NCBI GenBank assembly: GCA_905331295.1
Contig: CAJNYD010000059.1
Coordinates: forward strand, 1-40,056
Direction: 5' to 3'
DNA: 40,056 nt
Origin: Rotaria socialis
Lineage: Eukaryota
Shown one piece after another: positions 23,057 to 35,420 of this stretch. The first letter of the stretch is position 1. Every line of letters begins with the position of its first letter. The position numbers were made by a program, and so were the translations under genes. A model generated the notes under the pieces. The model saw only the letters and a list, made by a program, of their open reading frames with translations. It ran no database searches and was not told the origin of the DNA.

Positions 23057-25522
23057 TTAACTGGTGTTACTCGTTGTATCATCATTGGTATCATCATTGG
23101 TATCATCATTGGTATCATCAATACTTTCTACGTAAAAGTCACCTGTTGCATTATTAGTATACCATTTTCCTTCGATTTTAAATCCGCCAAATTCATCGCA
23201 ATGAAGTATTCCTTCATATTCAACAGCGTGTTTTCCAACGTACTGCTTTGTGAAACTAACATTTCCTTCATTATCATAGTCTCCAGTTATTGTAAAAGCT
23301 ATATCGTTACTACTGCCTTGACCTGCAACGCTTCCTTCTATTAAGCTAAAGAAGTCAAAAGTCATATCAAACGATTGGTCACGTTCATAGTATTCTCCGT
23401 GAACAGCACCACCCTCAAAGCGTGTAATAACTTCAGTTTCATCGTCATCTTCTTTTACTTTCTCTTCACAAGCTTTTTCAATATGTTGTAAAATAACATC
23501 AAAACTGGAATCAAATTCACTTTCATTTTCCATATTCACTTTTTCCAAAGACTCTATTGCTTTTCCTAACCAAGTATCCTGAAAACTCTTCTCATTTTCA
23601 AGAAGAACAGGTAGAATAGTTTTCTTCAATTGCGTAGCATACGTAAATTCTTTTTGACAATTAATACTTTTACTATAAGCAACAGTATTGAAACTGATAA
23701 TCATCGCAGCACCTTCGACACCATTAGCCATAGCAGAATTGATATTGCCTTTCATATCTCCATCAATGTCAAACCAAATCGGAATTTTCTTCTCTTTGAG
23801 CTTATTTGCTATTTTCTTAACTTTCTGTTGATGACTCCAATTGTAGCTTAACATAATGTGGAACTTTTCTGATTCCGTTGGTTCAAAAGTAGGTGCTTCT
23901 AAATGAAAGATATCAGATAAGTCGCCTCGAGACCATCTTCCATCGAAGAACAAAACAGAATCTTCTTCGGTAATAATTCCAAAATATTGGATAGAATATT
24001 TTTCGATATACTGCTTTTCAAATTCAAATTTTAAATCTTCTGTATCCGATGAGCTATAATATTCACCATTAATTACAAAGCTACCAACGTCATCTTCTCC
24101 TTCTCCGGCAATATATCCGTTTATCAAAGAAAACATGTCAAAATCGAAAGGAATTTCTTCTCCTGACTCCATATAATAACCTTCGATAAACTCTTCATCA
24201 ACAAGGACATTATTTTGTTCTTCTTGATTATCACAGTCAATCATATATGGTTGTAATTGTTTTATAAGATCATCAAGCGTCTTTTCAAATTCATTAGCAT
24301 TCGTCATTTGTGTCCATAATGCACCAGCACAAATGACACCAAGCCAACCACTTTGCGAGTAAGGATTTTGTGCTTTTACAGGAACGATTGGAATACCTGC
24401 TTCATCAACGTATGATAGAACATGCTTGGCCGTGTTCGATGCTTCATATGCTTTACTCATTAATGGTACGACTACTCTTGCCTTTTGGACTGCTGTTTTT
24501 ATCATTTCACGAACATTCATTGGTGGGCAAACAGCTGGAATACCCTTTGCAATGAGTCCTTTAGTTATCTTTTGAGCTAAATCAACTTGACATGGACAAT
24601 AAGATATCATAACTTTAGTTCCCTGTTTTCGTGAAATTTTTGGTGGTGCCATCGTTTCCATATGCGTAGTATATGATTTTGGAAGAGTCAAATGCATGAC
24701 AAATTTATCAGATACGTCGTCCATCTTCCATTGTCCTTCTATCGTACAATTTAATTCTTGAAATAACATGTTTCCTTTATATGTAACAGGAGGTTTGCCA
24801 ACATATTCTTTTTTCATTTCGATAACACCAAGCATATTTTCGATTTTGTATTCGCCAGCCAGAGTAAAAACTCCATCTTTATCATCTCCTTGCCCGAATA
24901 CTTTCCTATCTTTCAAACCCAAAAACTAAGAAAAATAGTTTAAATTACATAGTCATACTTGCTTTTTTCACTTCAATTTATTAAATACCTTAAATTTCAT
25001 CGGAAACTCTTTGTCAGATTGATAATAACTAGCCTTTAGATTTCCCGAATTGGTTTCACCCTGAAATAGATACTCCTGTATTGGCTGGGGTTCATTTTTT
25101 TCACCTCTTTCAAGAACAAGATCGCCAGTTTTGATTCCCATTGAAATCATAGTTTGTATAACTTCATCAAAATCAGTTGAGCAACTCTTTGCAGGAGCTA
25201 AAATAGCACCCAACCAAGCCATAGGTTGAAAATCTTCACAAATCTTAATATTTATAATTGGTGTTTTAGTTTGATCAGCATAATTCAATAGTTTTAATCC
25301 AGGTTTTGACGTTTCTAACGCGAGCGACGGAAAAACTAAAACTGCAGCAGCTTTTTCAATACCATCTGCAATTTTGGTATTAACATCTTCATTTTGTCTC
25401 GGATGATAAACTCTAAATCGTCGTTGAATGAAGTGATCTTTCAATTTTTTCACTATTGGTGCACCAGACTCGTCGTCTTTTGCATAGGCAAAGAATATAT
25501 GCTTCTTTGCAACTGTTGACAA
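23057..25522 (-). CDS. Protein with three TIR-like domains, each followed by a Gly/aromatic beta-barrel-like repeat
   Basis: ORFs 24968-25522 and 23057-24922 join through a 63-nt GT-AG intron (24988-24926, MKFK|FLGLK). TIR motifs HIFFAY, VMISY and HIMLSYNW...WFDI...MANGVE...YSKSINCQKEFTYA...ILPV. Repeat G.G.D..G.F.I.G.Y...F.KQY.GK..V.Y.G...I.G.W occurs three times. Start codon uncertain. Confidence 0.85.
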
Positions 25523-27072
25523 CGCTACTGGTATCGCTGCTTTCTCTAAAACTGAAAAAATGGACGACTTAATGCAGCACTATTTCTTTTCAAGCATCTT
25601 CCGTAAGGGCACAAATACTGTTGACAAAATTATGTCTTGTCTTATTTCGTCATCTTAAGGATCATATTGTTTTCGTTCAGAGCAGATACGCTCAGATATG
25701 TAATCGAAAAAAACAAAAGAGAAGATACTAACGAACCTGAAAGACATAGATAATAGTAGAAGAAATAATGAAAATAAATAATATAAAAATATCATCACAA
25801 TTATGCTAAGATAAACGTTACTATACGAGTTCGTTGAAGTGTACAAAATTCTCGACGTATCTTTTTCATATTCTTTGCCATGCAATTTATTTACTTAAAC
25901 TTCTGCTCATCAAGTAACGATCAAAGTTAATAGTATATATATGACCCATAATAATAATAGTAACATTAATAGACTATGAGAAAAGCAATATATTTTAAGT
26001 AGGTTTGTACAAAGAATAAAATAACATAATAAGGCATGCATCAGAACCAAATGGTTTTCGTTTTATTTCTATTTTAAAAGAGAAACGAGTTTAAAACACA
26101 AAATAAAGACAATATTTCTCTCTTTTCTAAGTAAGATTTTAATACCACGTGAGGTAAGTAGTTATTTTTCTACTGCACATACTGTTTAACAAATCCGGTT
26201 TTATTATGAACGACGGAAAAAGAATTTCGAACTTAGGAAACCAATTTTAGTTTTGTGCACGCATAAAAATAATACGAAAATATAGCATTATTTTTCTAAA
26301 TTATTATTATATTCTATATGATCGTTAGGACATAAACCAGAAATGAATCCGACTGATATTTGTCACAGTAATATTCATCTAGAGGTATTTTTAAATCAAA
26401 ATAAATTCTATTGATTCATACGAACACTCTCTATACCCTATCTATATGAAACTTGTTATGGAATGTTTTCAGCTAATTAAATACTTGAAAATTTCTAGAC
26501 ATCCGAAAGAAAGTCAACCCAGCGAATGATCTGAAAAACTGATTTTCAAGAGGGTCGACTAATTGTTTTTCCGACTAATCGTCGCGAAACGGGAAAACAT
26601 TTTCTTTTCTTTATAGGAGATAACCAGCATTGCTATATTAAGTAAATAATATTAGCATATACTCATTGTTGAGGTTGTCAGAGGTGAAAAAGTTGAATTA
26701 GTTTCACTCATAATTGTCTTCGAAAGATATATATCGGTTCCATAGAATCCGTTATTGGTACTGGAAAATATGGTGGTCTAAATGCGTGTATCCTAAAATC
26801 TGATTATAGATTCCCATGTTTTCATTCTTTTCTAATTGTTCACTTCAAGACCAGAGAATTTCCATAGTTAGTAATGTAAATTAACAAAAGCACTGAAATG
26901 AATGAATCAACATTAAACTAATTAGACGGTAACTTATTCGATTACTTATGTAAACGTAAGTAAATAAAATACAAAACCAAGAAAATAAATATCAAAGTGT
27001 ATGTGTGATATTGAACTATCACGAGAAGATTTATTTTAATCCATAAGTTGAAATGTGAATCTAGACATGTAT

Positions 27073-27611
27073 TGTGCCAATAATGCATGGACATCCTTTA
27101 TTGTTCACATATTTGGTGTCCATTTTTGTTAATTACTCTTTGGGACTGTCGTGCAGACAGGACTATTACTTTCTCATCAGTGTTATAGAATGTGTTATTC
27201 TCAATGGACGTTGTANCTTTAGACTCGGAAGCTAATTAACAATTTTTCATAAAACTTGTTCCCGTAGAGAAATCTATTCATAACTCCTAATATTTTGCTT
27301 GAATCTTTCCAAAGCCTATTGTACAAAGCAAAGTGGCATCGTATGAACATGATTTCAAAAAATGGCTCAAATCCAAAGTTCATCTAAAAAGTTATTGATA
27401 TATTAATGAATAGAATTGCATCAATCCAAGATTGGACTAGTCCAAACTAGAATCTTAGAATGGCCTGAATCCGAGATTGGCCTACGACATATACACCGAG
27501 GATAGCGGTAACCCTACTCTTCCAGTTTCTCTTTGTGATCACAAATAAAATAAAAGCTGCAGCAGTGACGAATATAAACTATCCATTTATCATCAAACAA
27601 AATTCGTTACA
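27073..27611 (+). mobile_element. LTR of the same family as 13573-14156 (solo LTR or element collapsed at gap 27216)
   Basis: Starts TGTGCCAATAAT and ends AATAAA...TCGTTACA. 5-bp TSD TGTAT at 27068-27072 and 27612-27616. Confidence 0.85.
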
Positions 27612-27784
27612 TGTATATAGTCTAATGAGCCACCAAATTAAAAACCTGTCGCTTATTAAGTGTAAAATTACATTTGATTAAATCATTTTTCGTGTGGGAA
27701 TTAAACGTTTCTAATCGATATGTCTTACATTTGTCAAATGAATATGGATCTCGTAAAATATTCTCACATCATCAAAGATTTTTC

Positions 27785-28771
27785 TTACTTACTAGAAATC
27801 TTTTTTTGTAATTCCAAATTGATCGTATATCTGTTTTCTTTTCGATCGAATTCAGCACTTTTAACATGAAAACAAACACCAGGTGGGATAAGTTCTTCTT
27901 CTTCTTTTGGATATTTCGAATATGGACTTAAATCAATAACAGAACCAGTCAAAACTTCCATTATAAATAAAGTATTTCCCAACGCCTTTGCTTTTTTACG
28001 ACTACGTGTACAAGATGTATACACTTGAAATGATTTATATGAATTTTTATCTTTAGCCATTTCTTCATATTGGCCGATTTGTTCAGCAACCATATTCGCA
28101 CCTCGATAAATTATATTTTTTTCATTTGTTTCTTTCTTAAATGGATTATCCATTAATAATAAACAAAATGGACCTAATATAGGTACTTTGTTTTTCCATA
28201 TCTTTTCTTGTTCTTTGTCTCCTACTGATTTCATCATTGAATTTAATGATTCGTATAAGAAATTCTCCGATGTATAGAGATAAACACATTGTTTCCATAC
28301 TTCTTCCATTCCTGCGTCCTTCTTTTCTCTGAGTGCTGATGCTATTTTTTCAGCTCTTCGTTCTTTTCCTATTTGTTTTCCTTCTTCGATAATTCCTTCA
28401 GCAGCTTTCTCAACCATCATTGGTATCAGTGTTGGATTTTTCGAAGGTACACCATCTAATTTCAGGTTCAGGCATCTTTTTATTTCAGCAAAAAACGGAG
28501 ATGTAGAACCAAAATGACCACTGGTTGAAGATTTCGAAATAATAGGAGCACCCAAAAAGCGTTTTTCTCGTAAATTTTCGTCTTCTTTCTTATGCTCCAC
28601 TGCTTCTATGTCATCTGCCTGTGCAGGTCGAGACGTTGACTTCTTGCTCGATTGCTCATGCTGTGCAACATTTTGTGGCAAGTAATTTGGTGTTGGATAT
28701 CCAAAATTAGCCATAATGATTACTCTTTCCAATTCGTTTCTAGAGTGAAAAAAATTGCAATAATCACCCAC
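27785..28771 (-). CDS. ADP-ribosyltransferase (R-S-E / ARTC-like)
   Basis: LYT.E.FLY..LN, IYRG, YTSCTR, DLSPYS.YP.EEEELIPPG motifs in an uninterrupted ORF. The true start may be MANFG. Confidence 0.85.
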   Translation of the reverse strand: MGDYCNFFHSRNELERVIIMANFGYPTPNYLPQNVAQHEQSSKKSTSRPAQADDIEAVEHKKEDENLREKRFLGAPIISKSSTSGHFGSTSPFFAEIKRCLNLKLDGVPSKNPTLIPMMVEKAAEGIIEEGKQIGKERRAEKIASALREKKDAGMEEVWKQCVYLYTSENFLYESLNSMMKSVGDKEQEKIWKNKVPILGPFCLLLMDNPFKKETNEKNIIYRGANMVAEQIGQYEEMAKDKNSYKSFQVYTSCTRSRKKAKALGNTLFIMEVLTGSVIDLSPYSKYPKEEEELIPPGVCFHVKSAEFDRKENRYTINLELQKKISSK

Positions 28772-28971
28772 ACTCGAACATACACGATCGTTTATATATC
28801 CCGTATACGAGACATATATACGACCATGATGTTTTACGATCGTACAAGACCTCCGTGAACCTCGACCTGAGCAGTTACTTTGTAGTACACAATAATATTA
28901 AGTTTTTTGGACAAAATATTTCATTTTGAACAGTTTTTGGTTTCAATCGTGTTAACAAACAAAGCTAATGT

Positions 28972-30652
28972 TTATATTCCCTCTACTGAAAGAAGGGTCT
29001 TACGAAAAGTGAGTTAAAGGCGTTCGTTCGTTCGTTCGTCCAATAGGAAAGCAGATGCATAAACTTAACTAACCGAAAACAATATCCTTCAGGGAAAGGA
29101 TTGACCGAGGGAAATCAGGGTCACTGAACACGATGGTGTTGTTAGTTTTTTTTAAAGTTATGAAGTTCAAGCATGTTTATAATAGATTACGAGCTGTTTA
29201 GAACGTCAGATTTTCTTGACAGGAATTCTCTGTAGGGAAATTATTTGAGGGTACCATTCAATGATGAATATAGTGTTAGATGTATCGTATGAATATGTGA
29301 GATTTCATTACGAATAGCCATCGTGCGGTGGAATTGATTCTCAATTTGGGAGCGACTAGCCGTGAGTGGCGCTCCGCAGGGGCACCGACGAACGACTAGC
29401 CGCTCACCTGCATTGAGACTTTGAAAGCTTTTGTTCAAAGTCTTCAGTTTATTCTTGATATGATAACTTTTCTTGCAGCACGAAGAATTTATTCAAACTT
29501 AACTCCTAGAACTCTAGATTAGCTTATCTACGAATGGACGCAAACTGGATAAGTACTCTGGAATCCTGTCTCATTCTTCTCGAAATTTTGATGAATTCAT
29601 CGCATATGCAGATGAAACTGGATTAAATTAGTTCTACAACTGTTGTTTTCGGGTTTTTTTGAAAATTTTCTTCGTTTTTATTTAATAATTATAGAATGAG
29701 GCGAAGCTTTCAATCAACAATGCAGTGTTTAAAAGGATCACCTTCACTTCATATATGAGACAAAACAAGTGGGTGTGGGTAGTCGTGAGTGGCGCCCCAG
29801 AGGCGCGCCGACGAATGACTAGCCGCCCGCACTAGTTAAAAATCTGTTGTGATTAGAAGACTACAGGCCTTGCAGACTTATAGAATAGTTACACGTTGTG
29901 TCGATCAGAAAAGTGGAAACAATTTTCGTGAATAGGAGACATCTTGAATTTGTTCCATAGGCAGGTTGTGAAATAATCGCTTCACTCGTGTGAAATATTT
30001 GAAACTTATATTTGTCGTGATTATCTTAATAAGTTTAGTTTATCCTGATTGCAAGTGGACTTGATTCAAAAGATGTAAATCATAGATTTATCTATCTGTG
30101 AACGTGCACCCAAGAATGAATATATCCATCCTAGACGGGAAACGAACCGAAACAAAATGAACCCAGATGAGGTGGAGCGAAAATTAGGACAAATCTAACC
30201 GAAATCGAGTTAGAAAAAGTCACTTTGATATAATCTCTGATCTACTCGTGCAGATTCATGTTAAATATCTAGTTTATAGACCAACTTGGGTTGTAACTTT
30301 ACTAAAATGGGGTATTTCCATCATCGCTCTCCTGAATGGGTCTTTTTCTTTACTCCGTTATCAAACTGATCGAAAGTTTTCGGAGCATAGCTTGAGCTGT
30401 AGCTGATCGGATGCACTTAACATCGTCATTTTCATATAGTATTAGTAAGTACTACTTAAATGCCGTTTTCTTGGTGATACTTCCAAGCAAGTTTCATATT
30501 TATGCTCGGTTATCAATGATGTTTTTGACGAAAATCATTTCGAAGCTATAAAATGTGAAGTCTCTCAACTAAATAGTTTTGGATAGCTATGTTTCGCATG
30601 ACCAAATCCTTTCAGTAGAGGGTTGGCGACGCTAATGTCGCGTTACCATGTT
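28972..30652 (+). mobile_element. Non-autonomous Helentron-type (DINE-1/HINE-like) element
   Basis: 5' subTIR CCCTCTACTGAAAG at 28979 with a local hairpin and (GTTC)n microsatellite. Inverted subTIR CTTTCAGTAGAGGG ends at 30622, followed by hairpin GCGAC..GTCGC and a GTTACCATGT end in T-rich flanks. Confidence 0.7.
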
Positions 30653-32663
30653 ATATTAATATATATATATAAATATGACTTCGTTTTAGTCAAAAATCCA
30701 AGAAAACTATGTGACGTTTTGCGAAATTAACCGTATTGCTTAGTACAGGAATCAAAGCGAAAACAATTGATTTAAATCATCTGAAAATCAAAACTAGCGC
30801 ATAAAATCATAAGTCACATGTTTCTACCTTGGGAGGAAGATTCTCAAACCAATGGGTGTGCCTTGTTTAGAATTGCTGTCTTATTACTTATGAATAGGTG
30901 ATCAAGTCTTCCAAACACAACATATCATAAATGATAAAACGAACGTATCAATGATGTGCTTGAAATGCATCGCTCAACAAATAAGTCATTTCATGAAAAC
31001 ATTACTTCTATTGTATGAGTTCGAAAGAATCAATGAGCTTTTCGTTCGTCTTATCAACAGAAACATTTTTTTTCTGTCGCAATTTTCACTCGTTATGTTA
31101 TTGGTAATTTAGTATAGAACAGAATCTATTTTTACTCAATGAATCATAATTGGTGAGACATTAATTTACCGTGTTAGTCATTACATATATTAATCGATCT
31201 ATCACTACAAGGACATCAAAATATTTTTATTGCGAAGGATTTATACTATAACCTTCGATTAATTATAAAAATATTATTCTAATATTCAATTGCGCTAATA
31301 ACTTATATGTTGTTTCTTTTTTAATATTATTTGATACAGACGAAAACCTATAGATCTGATTTTAACAAAGGGTGTCAGGTGATTCATCTACCAAAAAGAA
31401 AATTAGATATCTTCACTCTTGCTCGACTAAATTGGATAATTTTCATCGTGTTATTAGTATATTTTTCGAAATATAAAACCAAAGCCAATGTTTTAATAGC
31501 ATTTATCGGTTGATCAAGTTCATGTCATGTAAAGCACCTACTATTCTCTTATGGTTGATATATGTAGGTCAATAAAGTTGATCGAAAAAGAATTCAGATA
31601 GGTCAATTTTGCTCCATATGTATGCATCTTCATTCTTTCTCAATCACTAGGTGAGCTTTTAATCTGAGTGCATGTTGTCTAAAGATTTTTAAAGAAGACA
31701 TTAGTGTCCTATATAGTTACAAAATGATTTTAAATGTCTTTTTAAATTGAAATATGCACATATGAAGTTATGAAGAACCCGACTAATGCGATGAATAATC
31801 TTTATTGTCTGCAATTGAACAACTTTATGTTTCTCACTGTAATTTGTTCGTTCTACAACTTTTTTAATGTATTCGATGTTCCCGCTGAGTTCCTATTCTG
31901 AAGTAGGTTAGCTGAAGATATTCTTACATATCCGAAACCTATTCATCTCTATGAGTATCTGTTTTTTTTTAGAAGTTGCTGTGACGTCAACACTTTTAGT
32001 GGCATTCATTTATATAAATTTTCATTAGACACTATGCAGTTTCTAACAGATGAAAATGGATGATATCAATGGAGCAGTCCATAATAATGCGTCATTGAAA
32101 GCAGAATCAATACAGAAATTTTACTTCAGTCGCTAACATGATGAATATGTTGTATCAAAGCTTTTTGTTATTACTTAAAATTGAAAATAAGTTGTACTTA
32201 CTTTCCAATTAATGTATTGATATGCGAGTTCTGTTGTGTATCCGTGTGGTCGACCACTCTATTTATTGTAGAAATAACGACTATTTTTTTAACATATTTA
32301 TATGTACACGAATCAGTAGGCCATAACATACTCATGAGAGTGGTGACGTTTTTTGTATGCACGTTACTATGGGATTGTAGAAAAGAACACCATTCGTTAT
32401 TTCTATAGTTAATGGAGAACGAACTCGATGGCAAATATGCATAAAAAAAACTCGCATACATTTAAGCATTATTTCAAAAGTCAGTACCAGTTACTATCAA
32501 TTTTAACCAACATTGTGCTTTGATATATGATAATCACCATGTTGATGAGTGGACTTTTTTTCGTATACTGTAGCTCTTGTCTAATGATGAAAATATTCAC
32601 CTTGATATTGATGCAATCGAATGTATTCTATGTGAATATCGCAACGGAAATGCGAGATCCTGC

Positions 32664-32686
32664 CTTGAGGGTGTGGGTATGGGTGT
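32664..32686 (+). repeat. Telomere-like repeats at the 3' end of the minus-strand Athena
   Basis: CTTGAGGG TGTGGG TATGGG TGT; on the element sense strand this is ACACCC ATACCC ACACCC TCAAG. Confidence 0.75.
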
Positions 32687-32716
32687 TTTAAACACTCAAA
32701 TATATAGATCCAAAGT

Positions 32717-32768
32717 AGAATAGGACGCATTTCGATCGAGGCTTAATTCGATCATCATCAGGTATCTT
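32717..32768 (-). ncRNA. Hammerhead ribozyme-like motif with an extra U after the core
   Basis: Minus strand: CTGATGA-T-GATCGA-attaagcc-TCGATC-GAAA-TGC-GTC. Stem I is weak. Confidence 0.65.
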
Positions 32769-32867
32769 TAGAATCTCAAACTACATAGAAAACAAAAAGA
32801 TCATTAAAGAAAACCTATATTTTCGAATAAATAGTAACTTATTTCAATAAAGGAATTTCAGTCAAGC

Positions 32868-32917
32868 TAACTACGATCCAGATTTCGTCCTTGCTTAAGG
32901 GACTCGGCAGGTAGTTA
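32868..32917 (-). ncRNA. Hammerhead ribozyme-like motif with core variant CUGCCGA
   Basis: Minus strand: TAACTAC-CTGCCGA-GTCC-cttaagcaa-GGAC-GAAA-TCTGG-ATC-GTAGTTA, with a perfect 7-bp stem I. A half copy lies at 33040-33069. Confidence 0.75.
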
Positions 32918-33319
32918 TGACGTTCGTAGCTATCCAAATGTTCACGAAGAACATAGATAAGTTATATAATCTACACAAAGTAGGATAAAATTCAAAAGAA
33001 AATTACCGAACTTGATAGATATCGTTTACCGGAGTAAGTCAGTCAAGCTAACTACGATCCAGATTTCGTTGTTCACATGAGGCAATAGTTGCAGTTGGTT
33101 TAGTGATTTTTATCTAGAATGAATGAGACGTTATTTATAGTGTTTCTTTATTGTAATTTGATGTTTCGGAAGTAGATTTATGCGAAATGCTTAAGAGGGT
33201 GAGAAGAAGATTACATTTGAAAAGTAAAAATTCACTATATCTTGAATGTTCTGTTGATGGTGATCGTAGAGGCATGTGGTGTTGTATTGTTGCTAACTAG
33301 TTTGGTGTTGTATTTTTCG

Positions 33320-35420
33320 AGATTTTTCAAGGTATGGTGTTCGTCGTAGTAGTTCTCGTTTGAGATTACGATGATTTCTCGTTCTAACTATGAGCTTGGT
33401 TGTTGTAATATCTGTTCGGCCAAATGATTCGTACCATAGCTTGTGAATAGTGGATTTGTAATGGGCGAAATTATTTTCATATGTATAATGTATAATCAGT
33501 GGATTGATATCATCGCGATGTAACTAATTTTTGTTTAATTGTAATTGACTGATGGATCAATGCATGTTGTTGATTTATTTCTATCGATTTCAGTTGCAAT
33601 TCGAGCAGCTCGTGCGTGTTCACCAGGTGTTGCTTTCAGTAAAAGTCCACCTCGTACTGTAAGATATTTATTTTCATCATGAATCATTTGTGAAAATGAA
33701 GTCGTTTGATGGAAAGTTTCGAAAATAGGTTTTCGAATTGATGTTGAATATATCTTACTGGGTATCTAGAATATGGAGAAAAGAGAGTTTAATCGTTTAA
33801 AAGAAAAAATGAACATCATACCCATTGTAGAGTAACATTAATTTAATATATCGGCGTTCATAATTAAATTCTTGTAAAGTGGATGAATAACGAATAGCTC
33901 GACAAAGAGAGGTTCTGGTAATATTTCCGAAATAATGACGTGGATGATCAGATTTGAATGGTAGAATGTACGGTTCAGCAGAATCTTTATGATGGACTTA
34001 TTTTACTAATTGTCCATTTCGATTCTCTATTTGTACATCGAGAAAAGACAAGGATTTACCAATTTCAGATGTTAATTTAATATTTGTATGATATTCATTA
34101 GCAGTGCTTAACATTTGACGAAGATATTCAACGGAATCATTTGATGTCATGGAGATATCATCAATATATCTATGAAAGAGAAAGAAATTGAAAGAAATAT
34201 AATACTTGACTATGTGATTTTTTAAAAGAATCAACTTACCGGCCATATAGTTCATTGAATGATTTTTGTTTTTCGACTAACTTTTGTTCCCAATGCCACA
34301 TAAATATGTTAGCCAAAGTTAGAGTAAACGGCGATCCCATTGTACCCCCTTCAATTTGTCGATAATATTTATCATTATAAGTAAATACATTTTCTATTAG
34401 GACAATACGAGCTAAACTTTCTATAGCATCAATGGTCATATGTCTAACATGTGTATGACCGAATTGAAGAAGAAATGTTTTTAGAATAGCTATTGCTTCT
34501 TCTTGTGGTAACATGGTGTAAAGATCGGTGATATCAAATGTGCATAAATATGTACTAGGTTTTAAAAGATCTAAACTTACATATTTATGAAGTTGACGAA
34601 TAAGATGAACACCATCGATTATTGTTGTTTGTTTAACATATTGATCAAATAAAGGTCGCTTTAATTTATCTAACATTTTGGATATTCCTGTTGCTGGTGC
34701 ATAAATACCAGATACAATAGGTCGTAAAGGAGTACCTTCCTAGAAAATAGAATATAAATAAGCCAATTTGATTTCGTCTTTTTTTGGCATCATTTTTTTA
34801 TATTGCCATTCTGGAATTTTTCTTTTGCGCGAAGATCATTGAATAAGCGAACTGCTTTATTGAATGTATCCATTAATGGATTTGATGATAGTTCTACACA
34901 GGCATTCGTTTTAATTTGATATTGTTTTACTTTTTCTTCATAATGAATAGTTGAATCGACATGAAAAACTCGACTCTTATCAGTCACACGTATAATATTG
35001 GATGTTTGACGTAATTTACGTTTAATTGAATGAACTAATATTATCTCGTTTCGACTACGATATGTATCAAGATAGGATAATAAACTTGTATATCTATCAT
35101 TAAACATCGTTATGAGATTATTCGAAAACTGTTTGATTTTTAATGCATTTTCTGGTATATCATGACGACGATGAAGCATAGGTACAAGTTTGTCAATAAT
35201 TCCATTAAATTCTTTTGTAGTATGTTTTTTATTTTTCTTCTTACGATAAAGAAAACTTTGATTCTGTCGTCAATAATTTGGGCCTCCTATTTAGAAAAAA
35301 TAACGAAAAGAAGAAATGGATGTGTAGCTGTATTTAGAAATGAAACTTGCTAGAAGAAAAAGTGAATCTTACCTGTGCTTGTCAAAAGAGTGAATTCTTT
35401 ATCAGTAAAAAGATTTTCTG
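33320..35420 (-). pseudogene. Athena reverse transcriptase, decayed
   Basis: RVTDKS, GTPLRPIVS, TFDITDLYTMLPQEE, GG.MGSPFTLTLANIFMWHWE, YGR|YIDD, FLDV, SDHPRH, LLYNG|YP and IIHYTYE tail, with stops and frameshifts. Confidence 0.9.

Noticed and set aside
28979..30622. CACTA/piggyBac-type TIR element
   Set aside because: The inverted repeats are subterminal and come with a 5' microsatellite and a 3' hairpin, which fits a Helentron-type element better.
31900..32660. Possible membrane-protein or GPCR remnant cut by the Athena junction
   Set aside because: Only short hydrophobic fragments with many stops and no diagnostic motif.
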